The notes beneath the pieces were generated by a model, which was not told the DNA's origin, ran no database searches, and worked only from the letters and a program-made list of their open reading frames with translations. Below are positions 49,759 to 58,943 of a DNA stretch of 64,000 bases, in pieces. Within the stretch, counting starts at the first letter, position 1; every line of letters starts with the position of its first letter. The stretch lies in assembly GCA_043743715.1 (NCBI GenBank), contig JAYTWK010000015.1, forward strand, positions 6,576 through 70,575, written 5' to 3'. Both the position numbers and the translations under genes were made by a program. The stretch comes from a bacterium (lineage in GTDB: Bacteria; Patescibacteriota; Minisyncoccia; Phycocordibacterales; UBA6899).

Positions 49759-50898
49759 ATGAAGATATTATTTGCAGGAGGCGGTACAGGCGGGCACTTC
49801 TATCCGATAATCGCTATCGCAGAAGAAGTGAATAAGCTGATAGACACGACACACCTCGTGGGTATCGATATGTATTTCATGTCGGACTCTCCGATTGACC
49901 TCGAACTCCTCAAAAAAACCGGCATCACCTATATCGAGGTGCCGGCAGGGAAGCGTCGCACCTATGCTTCGATACAGAACTATCTCGATATCTTTAAGAC
50001 GCTTTACGGCTGCGTCGTTGCGACGTGGAAGATATTCTTCCTCTATCCCGACGTGGTCTTCGGCAAGGGCGGCTATGCCAGCTTCCCGGCGATGTTCGCT
50101 GCAAAGCTCCTGCGTGTGCCTGTGGTCATTCACGAATCCGACACCGTGCCAGGGAAGGTCAATAAATATATCTCACAGCATGCACAGAAGATAGCCATCT
50201 CATACCCTGAAGCCACGCAGTTCTTCCCGAAAGGAAAAGGTATGCAGGAGAAGATGGCGCTCACAGGCCAGCCGGTGAGGAAAACATTGCTTGAGATGCC
50301 GCCCGAAGATCCGTATGAAATATTCCACCTTGAAGCGAATATTCCTATCATTTTAGTGCTCGGTGGCTCACAAGGCTCGGAAAACATCAACGAGAACTTA
50401 ATCGACATCATGCCTCGACTGGTACAGAAGTATCAGGTCATTCATCAGACTGGCGAAAGCAACTACGAGTGGATGAAGAAACGCGCAGCAGGAGCACTCG
50501 CAGGGATAACGCATAACGAGCGTTATCATCCCTTCGGTTTTCTTGAGGTCAAGCAATTGCGCATTGCCGCGAAAGGCGCATCGCTCGTCGTTTCGCGTGC
50601 GGGCTCGACTATTTTTGAGATATCACTCTGGGAGAAACCGTCTGTTCTCATCCCGCTCGCCATCGCGCGCGATGACCATCAGCGCAAGAATGCCTATAGC
50701 TATGCGCGCAGCGGGGCAGCACTTGTGGTCGAGGAGCAGAATCTTAAACCCGAACTATTTTACAATGCGGTCGAAGGAATTATGGATGATCCTGCGCGTC
50801 AGCAGGTGATGATCGAAGGAACCAAGCAGTTCGCGAAAGTTGATGCAGCAGAAAAAATTGCACAGTTACTACTCTCGATATCAACGCATCACGAATAG
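49759..50898 (+). CDS. murG: UDP-N-acetylglucosamine--N-acetylmuramyl-(pentapeptide) pyrophosphoryl-undecaprenol N-acetylglucosamine transferase MurG
   Basis: MKILFAGGGTGGHFYPIIAIAEE. GT28 N- and C-terminal domains. Confidence 0.85.
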   Translation: MKILFAGGGTGGHFYPIIAIAEEVNKLIDTTHLVGIDMYFMSDSPIDLELLKKTGITYIEVPAGKRRTYASIQNYLDIFKTLYGCVVATWKIFFLYPDVVFGKGGYASFPAMFAAKLLRVPVVIHESDTVPGKVNKYISQHAQKIAISYPEATQFFPKGKGMQEKMALTGQPVRKTLLEMPPEDPYEIFHLEANIPIILVLGGSQGSENINENLIDIMPRLVQKYQVIHQTGESNYEWMKKRAAGALAGITHNERYHPFGFLEVKQLRIAAKGASLVVSRAGSTIFEISLWEKPSVLIPLAIARDDHQRKNAYSYARSGAALVVEEQNLKPELFYNAVEGIMDDPARQQVMIEGTKQFAKVDAAEKIAQLLLSISTHHE

Positions 50899-51037
50899 GT
50901 GGCACTGCAGTAGATGGGGGTGAGTACATACTAGGTAGCAGATGCAATTCTTCGTATTTCCCTGCCTACTGTCTACTAACTACTATTTTTAGCTTTCCCA
51001 TGGAAATGTCCGAGAAAATAGGGCATAATCGATAGAT

Positions 51038-52405
51038 ATGCCCGAAGCAGAGCCACAAAAAGTTGTCACCAGATTTGCACCCAGCCCGACGGGCTTTCTT
51101 CATGCCGGAGCTTACCGCACGGCGATTTTCTCATATCTCTATGCACGCAAGAACGGCGGTCGCTTTGTCCTGCGCATCGAAGACACCGATAGGGACCGCT
51201 CAAAGAAAGAGTATGAAGATAATATTCTCGAAAGTCTTGCCTGGCTCGGACTCTCACATGACACGTTTGTACGCCAATCGGAGAATGTCGCGCGCCACAA
51301 AGTCGTGCTCGAAAAAATGATTGTCGATGGCCACGCATATGTGTCAAAAGAACCGGCAAAGGACGGCTCGGGTATCATCAAAGAGATAGTGCGTTTCAAA
51401 AATCCAAACATCGAGGTCACATTTCATGATGCAATCAAGGGTGAAGTGATGATGCATACGGAAGACCTTGGTGATTTTGTCATCGCAAAAAGTATTGAGC
51501 AACCTTTGTTTCATCTCGCCGTAGTTGTCGACGACTGGGATGAAGGCGTCACCCATGTGATCCGTGGCGAAGATCATGTATCGAACACCCCAAGGCAAAT
51601 GCTCATTCAGCGAGCTATCGGTGCGCCGACTCCAACATACGCGCATCTGCCGCTCGTTCTCGGAGTCGATAAACAAAAGCTCTCCAAACGTCGTGGGGCT
51701 CTTGCACTCACCGAATACCGCGTACGTGGATATCTCCCCGAAGCGATACTGAATATGGTCGCAATGATTGGATGGAATCCCGGCACCGACCAAGAAGTAT
51801 TCACCCGCGAAGAACTCACGACCGCATTCTCGCTTCTGCGTATTCAGAAAAGTTCCGGAGTATTCAATCCCGAAAAGCTCGAATGGATGAACAAAGAGCA
51901 TATCGGCAGACTCACAAATGACGAACGTTTTGATTTGGTCAGAGGATACCTTAGCGAGTCTATCGTAACTCTTCCGAATTTCAGCGACGAGAGACTGCGC
52001 GCAATACTTCCGATAGTCATTGAACACATCACCAACTTTGGTCAGGTGCGCACCATGTGCGAAGGCGGTGAGCTTTCGTTCTACTTCACCGCACCAACCT
52101 ATCCCAAAGAAAAACTGCTGTGGAAAGACGAGACCGATGTCACAAAACTTACTACTCGACTCTTAACTATTCAGGCGCTCTTGGAAGGCGTCCCGGAAGT
52201 TGATTTCAACGCACTAAACGTCAAAAACGCCCTTTGGAGCTACGCGGAAGAGGAGGGGAGGGGTCAGGTGCTTTGGCCACTACGCTACGCCCTTTCTGGG
52301 CGTGATAAGTCCCCTGACCCGTTCCAAATAGCCAGCATCATCGGCAAAACTGAATCTGTACACCGTGTCGAATCGGCCATCGCTTTATATCATGCGGACA
52401 AGTAA
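51038..52405 (+). CDS. gltX: Glutamyl-tRNA synthetase
   Basis: RFAPSPTGFLHAGAYRTAIFSY (HIGH region) and KLSKRRG (KMSKS). Confidence 0.9.
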   Translation: MPEAEPQKVVTRFAPSPTGFLHAGAYRTAIFSYLYARKNGGRFVLRIEDTDRDRSKKEYEDNILESLAWLGLSHDTFVRQSENVARHKVVLEKMIVDGHAYVSKEPAKDGSGIIKEIVRFKNPNIEVTFHDAIKGEVMMHTEDLGDFVIAKSIEQPLFHLAVVVDDWDEGVTHVIRGEDHVSNTPRQMLIQRAIGAPTPTYAHLPLVLGVDKQKLSKRRGALALTEYRVRGYLPEAILNMVAMIGWNPGTDQEVFTREELTTAFSLLRIQKSSGVFNPEKLEWMNKEHIGRLTNDERFDLVRGYLSESIVTLPNFSDERLRAILPIVIEHITNFGQVRTMCEGGELSFYFTAPTYPKEKLLWKDETDVTKLTTRLLTIQALLEGVPEVDFNALNVKNALWSYAEEEGRGQVLWPLRYALSGRDKSPDPFQIASIIGKTESVHRVESAIALYHADK

Positions 52406-52415
52406 GCATACATTC

Positions 52416-53732
52416 ATGTTGACAATTAGTAGTGCAGTTCTTGCCATGCTTTTTTTTGCATTATTTTTTCTCTCTACATCGACTGTTGCTGAAGCACAGG
52501 ATGCTTCGTCGACTGCCGGGTTACCAAGTGCCGTCTCCTCTCGCATCGATGAACTTAAGCAAAACATCTCCGGCCACACCGGTCAGATTAAGCAGCTCGA
52601 AGCAGAAATAGCGGAATATAAAAACAAGCTTGTGGATGTCGGTAATCAGAAGAAGTCTCTACAGGGTGCCGTACAGTCGCTCGACCTGACGCGAGCGAAG
52701 CTCGTTGCTGATACCAAGCTCACGCAGGTGAAGATATTGCGCGCGACTGACTCTATCACCTCACTCTCGACCAACATTGTCAGCAAGCAAGACCATATCG
52801 ATCAGGACAAGAGACTTATCGGCGACATCATACACAAAATTGATCAGGCAGACAACAACACCATGTTCGAGCGCATGCTCGGCTCTGAGAGCATCTCAGT
52901 CTTCATTCAAGACTCGGAAGACCTTGGGAGGCTGCAGACAAGCATTCGCAACGGCATCACCAGCCTCGAACGCTTGAAGAGTGAGCTCGGCAATCAACGC
53001 TCGGACGCACAGAAACAGCAGAAACAACTCCTCGGACTCAAGACACAGCTTGCTGACCAGAAGCAACTCGCAGATGAGCAGCGTAGAGAACAGGCGCAGC
53101 TTTTGGTCGATACCAAGAATCAAGAATCGAATTACACAAAGCTACTGGCGGATAAGCAGAGACGAAAAAAGCAATTCGTGAAAGAGGTCGACGACTTTGA
53201 AGCCCAGCTACGCGCGGTCATAGACCCGAACACATTTCCTAAACCTGGCACCAAGGTGCTCATCTATCCCTTAGATGACGTACGCATCACGCAGAAATTC
53301 GGCAAGACCGCCGACTCAGTGAGACTGTATGCGGCAGGCACACACAACGGAATGGACTTCGCCGCGTCTCCCGGTACTCCTATCAAAGCTTCCGCCGACG
53401 GTACTGTTGCAGGTACCGGCAACACCGACGATGCATGTCGAGGCGCGTCATATGGACGCTGGGTCATGATCAGGCACCCAAACGGCCTTGCAACTTTGTA
53501 TGGACACCTGCAGCTCATTAAAGTTGGCAAAGGTCAGCAAGTGAACGCCGGTGATATCATCGGCTACAGCGGGGCTACAGGCTATGCAACCGGGCCGCAT
53601 CTGCACCTCACCGTACTCGTTTCGAGCGTCGCACAGATAGTAGATTTGCCGAGCAAGACTTGTCCGGGAGCAATATTCCATATTCCTGTTTCTCCTGCCA
53701 ATGGATATCTTGATCCTCAGTCTTACTTATAA
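52416..53732 (+). CDS. M23-family peptidoglycan metalloendopeptidase with an N-terminal coiled-coil (EnvC/NlpD-like)
   Basis: Signal/TM segment, a long Q/K-rich coiled coil, and the M23 catalytic region (HNGMDFAASPGTPIKA...GATGYATGPHLHL). Confidence 0.8.
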   Translation: MLTISSAVLAMLFFALFFLSTSTVAEAQDASSTAGLPSAVSSRIDELKQNISGHTGQIKQLEAEIAEYKNKLVDVGNQKKSLQGAVQSLDLTRAKLVADTKLTQVKILRATDSITSLSTNIVSKQDHIDQDKRLIGDIIHKIDQADNNTMFERMLGSESISVFIQDSEDLGRLQTSIRNGITSLERLKSELGNQRSDAQKQQKQLLGLKTQLADQKQLADEQRREQAQLLVDTKNQESNYTKLLADKQRRKKQFVKEVDDFEAQLRAVIDPNTFPKPGTKVLIYPLDDVRITQKFGKTADSVRLYAAGTHNGMDFAASPGTPIKASADGTVAGTGNTDDACRGASYGRWVMIRHPNGLATLYGHLQLIKVGKGQQVNAGDIIGYSGATGYATGPHLHLTVLVSSVAQIVDLPSKTCPGAIFHIPVSPANGYLDPQSYL

Positions 53733-53768
53733 AAGTGTTTTTATGAACTTACTCATCCTCAATAATTT

Positions 53769-53948
53769 ATGATTATCCGTATCCTCATCGCCTTCGTCAT
53801 CTTTGCAGGACTCGCATACTATTTTAATATCGACGTGCGTACTGTGGTCGATAAGAGTGGCGTCCCTGCCTGGCTTGCCGAACACGGCGTGAGGACCAGT
53901 GCCACGAGCTCAGGCGTATCAGCAACAAACGCATCGCAAGGCCTATGA
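53769..53948 (+). CDS. Possible small membrane protein (59 aa), overlapping the NUDIX start by 4 nt (ATGA)
   Basis: Manual ORF MIIRILIAFVIFAGLAYYFN... with one TM helix. The ATGA overlap suggests translational coupling. Confidence 0.3.
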   Translation: MIIRILIAFVIFAGLAYYFNIDVRTVVDKSGVPAWLAEHGVRTSATSSGVSATNASQGL

Positions 53949-54400
53949 TCTGGCAACTGCTCTACGAACTCGCGCACACTCTACGACGTATCTATTGGTT
54001 TATCGTCCATCCAAACACACGCGGGGTGAAAGTGGTCATCTTGCATGAAGGCAAATACCTGTTCATAAAACACGGCTATGGAGTAAAACGCTGGACACTT
54101 CCGGGCGGCGGCATCAAGAAGAGCGAGACACCCGAAGCAGCTGCCAAGCGCGAAGTATGGGAAGAGGTCAGACTTGATCTCCATGCACTGCGTCCGATAG
54201 GAAGTTTTGTCACCACACTCGAATATAAGCACGATACGGTGCACTGCTTCTTCGCGACCACATTGCGCGAGAAGCCAATACTCCATCGCGGTGAAGTCAT
54301 TGCATACGGCTGGTTCCCCAAGAACGATCTGCCAAGTGATATCTCTATGAACTCAAGGAAGACGTTTGAACTACTTGAAGCGTACTCACACAAGAACTGA
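53945..54400 (+). CDS. NUDIX hydrolase
   Basis: Nudix box GGGIKKSETPEAAAKREVWEEVRL. Confidence 0.75.
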   Translation: MIWQLLYELAHTLRRIYWFIVHPNTRGVKVVILHEGKYLFIKHGYGVKRWTLPGGGIKKSETPEAAAKREVWEEVRLDLHALRPIGSFVTTLEYKHDTVHCFFATTLREKPILHRGEVIAYGWFPKNDLPSDISMNSRKTFELLEAYSHKN

Positions 54401-54488
54401 TTTCGCTTTCTGAACAAAGAATCTCACATGAAACGCGTAGTCCATACAGTGCCTTGTGCGACATAAATCTACCTGTTAAGATTGCTCT

Positions 54489-55124
54489 ATGGGGGCAAAC
54501 ATTAACTGGACTGAGGAAAAAATCGCAAACGGTTTTGCGCGATTTATCGAAGAGCATGGTCATGCTCCCACCTCACGCGAAATCGATACCTATCCGCACT
54601 TGCCGTCATCACGACAGATTCAACGGCGTTATGAGGGAGGGTTGCCAGCACTGCGTAAACGCTTACAGCTCGCGGGGCCGGAAGACTTCACAAAAGGCGC
54701 TTATAGTTCAGAGCGCGCACGTACTATTAATAAACGCGCTCACCATCTTGAAAAAGAAGTGTGTGACTATCTGGTGGGAAGATTCGGAAAGCCCTATGTC
54801 CATAGGGAATACTTTTTTATCGACGATCGACGAACAAGAACGGACTTTTTCATATATTGTAAGAACGGTAATTTTTGTGTTGATGTATTTTATCCCAAAG
54901 ATCGACATAATCTGATCAATTGCCTCAACAGCAAAATGCGCACATATGGATATGCAGCTATGCTCGAATTCCCGGTCATATTTTTAATGATGAACCATGA
55001 AATCAGTGGGGCGGAGGTCACGCAAATAATCGAGCAAAAGAAGAAGAAACTACACTTGAAGCAACATGTCATGACGTATGAAAGATTCAGGAAGTATGTG
55101 GAGACAAAAATGCCGCTTGATTAG
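54489..55124 (+). CDS. Hypothetical protein in an AT-rich stretch; the N-terminus resembles the small DNA-binding module seen at homing-endonuclease and phage-protein N-termini
   Basis: WTEEKIANGFARFIEEHGHAPTSREIDTYPHLPSSRQIQRRYEGGLPALRKRL pattern. AT-rich coding sequence. Confidence 0.35.
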   Translation: MGANINWTEEKIANGFARFIEEHGHAPTSREIDTYPHLPSSRQIQRRYEGGLPALRKRLQLAGPEDFTKGAYSSERARTINKRAHHLEKEVCDYLVGRFGKPYVHREYFFIDDRRTRTDFFIYCKNGNFCVDVFYPKDRHNLINCLNSKMRTYGYAAMLEFPVIFLMMNHEISGAEVTQIIEQKKKKLHLKQHVMTYERFRKYVETKMPLD

Positions 55125-55275
55125 TAGGTGTGAGTAAAACGTTATGTAGTATACTTATTATAAGCAAATGTCGTATAACGTATCTGATAAAAAGATATAT
55201 TGTGCGACGCATTGGCAAAGAGAAGCTGCAAGCCCGTAAGCTTGCTTTGCTTCTATTCCCTACATTGCCGTGTAC

Positions 55276-55908
55276 TTATTCCGGTACTGTTTTTTGTCTT
55301 TCGAGTTTGTCGTAACGAGCCATAAGTTCTGCGGTCTCTAAAATGTGTCCGGTCATTTTTGCTTCAACATCGGCTTTTGATGCCCCTGCCGGAATATCTA
55401 ATTTTCGGTCCAAGGCATAGAGTTTGAAGAAATACCGGTGCTCACGGTCCGGCGGACACGGACCGATGTATCCGGGCTTGCCGGCGCCATTTAACCCCTG
55501 AATGCCTACTAACGTCGATGAGGCTGATACTCCAGAGACCTTCGGGTCGATGTTGTAGACTACCCAATGCACGAACATGCCGTCGGGTTTGATCGATGTC
55601 GGAACATCAGGGTCATCTACAATGAGCGCAAGTGTGACCGTACCAGCCGGGACATTAGACCAAGCGAGGTCGGGATTGGCATTAGCCGCATCACATGTGT
55701 AGAGGCTTGGTATCATCTGATTCTGTCCGAATGCGCTGCTGGTGATGTTCATGGTTGTTGTTTGTGCGGATGGTTGTACTTGTTGTTGCGCCGGCGTACG
55801 ATTTTGCGACTCATGCATGTTCTCCGCCTTATTATTATACAACGTTAGTACATATAGAGTCAAGAGTACTATACATGCGATTCCAACAATTATATATGTA
55901 TTTTTCAT
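55276..55908 (-). CDS. PEBP / YbhB-YbcL family (Raf-kinase-inhibitor-like) protein, secreted or anchored
   Basis: GPCPPDREHRYFFKLYALD signature. N-terminal TM or signal peptide. Confidence 0.75.
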   Translation of the reverse strand: MKNTYIIVGIACIVLLTLYVLTLYNNKAENMHESQNRTPAQQQVQPSAQTTTMNITSSAFGQNQMIPSLYTCDAANANPDLAWSNVPAGTVTLALIVDDPDVPTSIKPDGMFVHWVVYNIDPKVSGVSASSTLVGIQGLNGAGKPGYIGPCPPDREHRYFFKLYALDRKLDIPAGASKADVEAKMTGHILETAELMARYDKLERQKTVPE

Positions 55909-55971
55909 ATAAAGTTTGTTTTACTATCCTTCTCCACAATTACCGATATAAGCGACAACAAAAATTGGTTC

Positions 55972-56721
55972 TCATTCTTTCGGCCAGCTCAACTGTTCGT
56001 CGGCACGGGGCTTGGTCTTAAGGACCAAGGTGCGATTCTCGGCGTCATATTCATCGTACCTCGCTTCTGCCTCTCCCCTTTCCCTGCCGCCTTCCACGTG
56101 ACGCTTCACGGTGTGTGCGCGCAGCGACGCGGCATCATCGTCGAGAAAATAACTATGGTCATAAAGTGCCGGCAAATCCTTCCACCCAGTCCCGCCATAC
56201 AAGAGCCACAGACCCTCTATCAGCATAAGTGCAGGTCCCTCGGGTACCTTTATCACTCCCTGCATCGGCTCGTGCAGTTTACGCGAATAGACCGGCAGTC
56301 TTAAACTGGTACCGTTCTTAAAGTCTTCAAGATCTCGCAGAAGTGCGGGTACATCATAGGTATCGTAGCGGCCCTTCACATCTTTCAAAGTCTCTTCCTC
56401 TTCCCCTGCTTTTGTCTGCGAGAGATACTCATTCGGAAAATGATAAGCGTCGATAGAGACAGGAACGATGCGCACACTCTCGTCTATCTGCTTACCGATA
56501 GTTTCTGCAAGTATTGAGAGATATGACTTCCCGCTCCCTGAAGGGCCGACGATGGAGACAATCTGTCTGCGCTGTTCACCATCGCCAGTACTCTCCTTCT
56601 TATAATTCGAAATGAGTCTTTCGGTAAAACGAATGACAAATTCTTTCCTCTCCACACTTAAATGTGTGCAGTCGATTTCCTGCTCGGTAACGATGATGTG
56701 GTCGGGAAATTCGATGTTCAT
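55972..56721 (-). CDS. P-loop kinase of the PRK/uridine-kinase/pantothenate-kinase (CoaA-like) family
   Basis: Walker A GPSGSGKS. ..VSIDAYHFPN.. and ..PVYSRKLHEP....LMLIEGLWLL.. parallel CoaA/UK motifs. Confidence 0.5.
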   Translation of the reverse strand: MNIEFPDHIIVTEQEIDCTHLSVERKEFVIRFTERLISNYKKESTGDGEQRRQIVSIVGPSGSGKSYLSILAETIGKQIDESVRIVPVSIDAYHFPNEYLSQTKAGEEEETLKDVKGRYDTYDVPALLRDLEDFKNGTSLRLPVYSRKLHEPMQGVIKVPEGPALMLIEGLWLLYGGTGWKDLPALYDHSYFLDDDAASLRAHTVKRHVEGGRERGEAEARYDEYDAENRTLVLKTKPRADEQLSWPKE

Positions 56722-56798
56722 ATGTATATTCTATCAGTTCTTTAAAATTCTGAGTTAGGCTAGCGGATTCCTCCTTTTTTGTTATACTCGAATCTACT

Positions 56799-56869
56799 CG
56801 GGCTATCGGATAGTGGTAGTCTACATGCATGGGGTGCATGTGGCGGCAGTTCGATTCTGCCTAGCCCGA
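56799..56869 (+). tRNA. tRNA-Pro (anticodon GGG), no encoded CCA
   Basis: Manual cloverleaf: acceptor cgggcta/tagcccg (C1:G72, A73). D-stem with two G.U pairs and an AGTGGTA loop. Anticodon stem catgc/gcatg with loop aTGGGgt. T-arm ggcag-TTCGATT-ctgcc. Confidence 0.7.
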
Positions 56870-56905
56870 CAAGTCAACAGTCGCCAAACAAGCAGTTCTA
56901 GCATG

Positions 56906-56960
56906 CAATGGGGTGTCTATATTCATTACTGGGACGGCAGTTCGATTCTGCCTAGCCCGA
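56906..56960 (+). repeat. Duplicated tRNA-Pro 3' portion (anticodon-arm-like segment plus exact T-arm and 3' acceptor strand) with no 5' acceptor strand
   Basis: ggcagttcgattctgcctagcccgac is repeated exactly at 56845-56870 and 56935-56960. Upstream catgcaatggggtg mimics the anticodon arm. No cgggcta 5' partner occurs within 90 nt. Confidence 0.6.
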
Positions 56961-57144
56961 CTGGAAGGAGGTGCTAAGAAAGCGTAGCTTTCGCGGCAGA
57001 ATCGAAAAGCGCAGTCATGTTGAGGCTTTGCGAAACGAACGAGCTGGGGTCGAGAGTACTTAGGATTTTTCCGTGCAAGTAACGGAAAAAGACTTAGTAA
57101 CTCGTGACCGATCTGCTTAATGCCGAAGTTTTGCCAGTATAAAA

Positions 57145-57561
57145 TCACTGCATTTCTTTGCAGGCAGCAGCAGGATGATAGCCTTTCGCGATCGCTTCCT
57201 CGACGCTTGCGAACCAAACTTTATTTGCATCTTTGATGCGTTTTACCCCGCCGCAGGTCGGGAGGTAGTAGGAACGACCCGAGCGAGAACCTACATACAT
57301 TGCTTTCTCTCCCGTCGTCTCCCCTGCCCCAGCCGGGTTATTAGGAGTACTCCTGGCATTTGAAACTGTGGCTGTAGCTTGAGTTATTTTGATGCTTGGG
57401 AGTTTATTTTGCCCTGAATCGCCCTTAGCAATATGATACGCGAGGAAGCCGGAGACTGAAATCAGGCCTATAAATATGAATATAAAGATATCCCGAGGCA
57501 TGTCAGGCAAAGTCTTGACCCCGTTAGAGATCGCGTGCACATAATCTTTACTTTTATTCAT
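57145..57561 (-). CDS. Membrane-anchored protein with a C-terminal Ada-like zinc-binding domain
   Basis: C-terminus YYLPTCGGVKRIKDANKVWFASVEEAIAKGYHPAAACKE matches the Ada metal-binding pattern (..C...KR......F.S..EA...G.RPC..C). N-terminal TM helix. Confidence 0.5.
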   Translation of the reverse strand: MNKSKDYVHAISNGVKTLPDMPRDIFIFIFIGLISVSGFLAYHIAKGDSGQNKLPSIKITQATATVSNARSTPNNPAGAGETTGEKAMYVGSRSGRSYYLPTCGGVKRIKDANKVWFASVEEAIAKGYHPAAACKEMQ

Positions 57562-57683
57562 ATTTTACGCCTTATTTTCAGGTTTTCAGACCAATACCAT
57601 TTGTTTTCCACATTTGCATGCGCACTATCTCTAACGGGGTTGATTTTATCGCTCATATCTGTTACTCTCATGTGACGCTTCTT

Positions 57684-57810
57684 CAGAGAACCTGAGGAAA
57701 CGAATGAAATACGAGGCATGGAGAAAATGATGAGGAAAGCATATTCCTATATGTTGACCGAATCATAGAGGCTCCATAACGAAGTAGTTCGTCGTTTGCG
57801 CAGGTTCTCT
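57684..57810 (+). ncRNA. Second copy of the aspS-leader stem-I-like structured RNA core, upstream of rpmA, with no T-box antiterminator or terminator
   Basis: About 86-nt core that is roughly 85% identical to 38065-38150. Three helices covary between the two copies (see findings). Confidence 0.5.
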
Positions 57811-57838
57811 ACGGGTATACTACGAGTAATATAACAAT

Positions 57839-58114
57839 ATGGCAACAAAAAAATCAGGAGGTTCAACAAAAAATAACCGAGACTCACAACCAAAGTATCT
57901 TGGCACCAAGCTTCATGACGGCCAGAAAGTATTTGTCGGCAACGTCATCGTGCGCCAGCGTGGCACCAAAGTCACCGCAGGTGCACATGTGAAAGTCGGA
58001 AAGGATCACACACTTTACGCACACAAGGCAGGCAAGATTGTCTTCAAGACCATCCGCAAGACCCGCTTCGACGGCAAAGTCGTCATCCGTAAGCAAGTCT
58101 CTGTCGCTCTGTAA
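57839..58114 (+). CDS. rpmA: 50S ribosomal protein L27
   Basis: ...[38 protein letters not shown]... Confidence 0.9.
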   Translation: MATKKSGGSTKNNRDSQPKYLGTKLHDGQKVFVGNVIVRQRGTKVTAGAHVKVGKDHTLYAHKAGKIVFKTIRKTRFDGKVVIRKQVSVAL

Positions 58115-58158
58115 ATACAACAGACAAAAGTCACTAATACGAGCAGACCATATAAAAA

Positions 58159-58191
58159 ATACCCACAGACACTAGTCTGTGGGTATTTTTT
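58159..58191. terminator. Palindromic rho-independent terminator after rpmA (acccacagac-ACTAGT-gtctgtgggt), flanked by A- and T-runs, potentially bidirectional
   Basis: 10-bp stem read directly, with a downstream T7 run and an upstream A-run. Confidence 0.75.
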
Positions 58192-58221
58192 TACACTTGA
58201 ATAAGTGAGAGCAGTCGCTCT

Positions 58222-58380
58222 TCAACTTCTTCCCACGCCAATAATGAGCGCGTCGCCTTCCTGTGAGATGAGTACCTCCCCTCCCTCATGTAGCGAGAGC
58301 CCGGAGGCGAGTGACTTCGGCAATCGTACTGCCAAACTATTTCCCCACTTTTGTACCCTCTTTTGTACCCTGGTTGTCAT
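58222..58380 (-). CDS. AbrB/MazE/SpoVT-family DNA-binding protein (antitoxin-like), about 52 aa. The tracked ORF extends to 58503 through a tandem repeat; the start was reassigned to MTTRVQK
   Basis: VQKWGNSLAVRLPKSLASGLSLHEGGEVLISQEGDALII matches the swapped-hairpin AbrB/MazE fold. No partner toxin gene was found. Confidence 0.5.
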   Translation of the reverse strand: MTTRVQKRVQKWGNSLAVRLPKSLASGLSLHEGGEVLISQEGDALIIGVGRS

Positions 58381-58943
58381 ATGTATATACATGTATATAC
58401 ATCGAATTTGTCTGGCAATCACAAATCCAATATGACATTTCTCAACGAGAAAGACTGTTGTGATTACGAAACCCAACCATTTACTAACTCCGCTGATAGG
58501 CAAAGTTAGTAAATATCACCCCACTGTCTTAACAAACCTCCAAGTCCACTCTGTTCCATATCCAAGCACAGCCCTTGGATATGCTTGATTAAGATTACTA
58601 TTTATTGAGCACTCCCCCCTCGCTAAAACCCTGTGCCAAAGAATCCTAGCAATGGTAAATTGACTGCTTCGATTACAACACGAAAATCTGTTTTTTGGAG
58701 GGTCTGACCCCTATTCCTCAGTTCTACGGCTTAACCACAAGCTGGAATGGTCAAATTAAGCCACGATTTTTGTATATTATGCCCCAAAATAAGACCACTC
58801 ACATCAATGAGTGGTCTTATAAAAACTTTCAGATTTAGATGCAATGCGAAGTCCTGGACGGAGGCTGTATTTGAGAAGCTGCACTAGAGTACTGCTTCCA
58901 AACCCGTCGAAGGAAGGACAAGCAGAGCGCCAAATGTGGAAGT

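Noticed and set aside
56906-56960. Second complete tRNA downstream of tRNA-Pro
   Set aside because: It has an exact T-arm and 3' acceptor strand but no complementary 5' acceptor strand or D-arm within 90 nt. It was treated as a partial duplicate rather than a gene.
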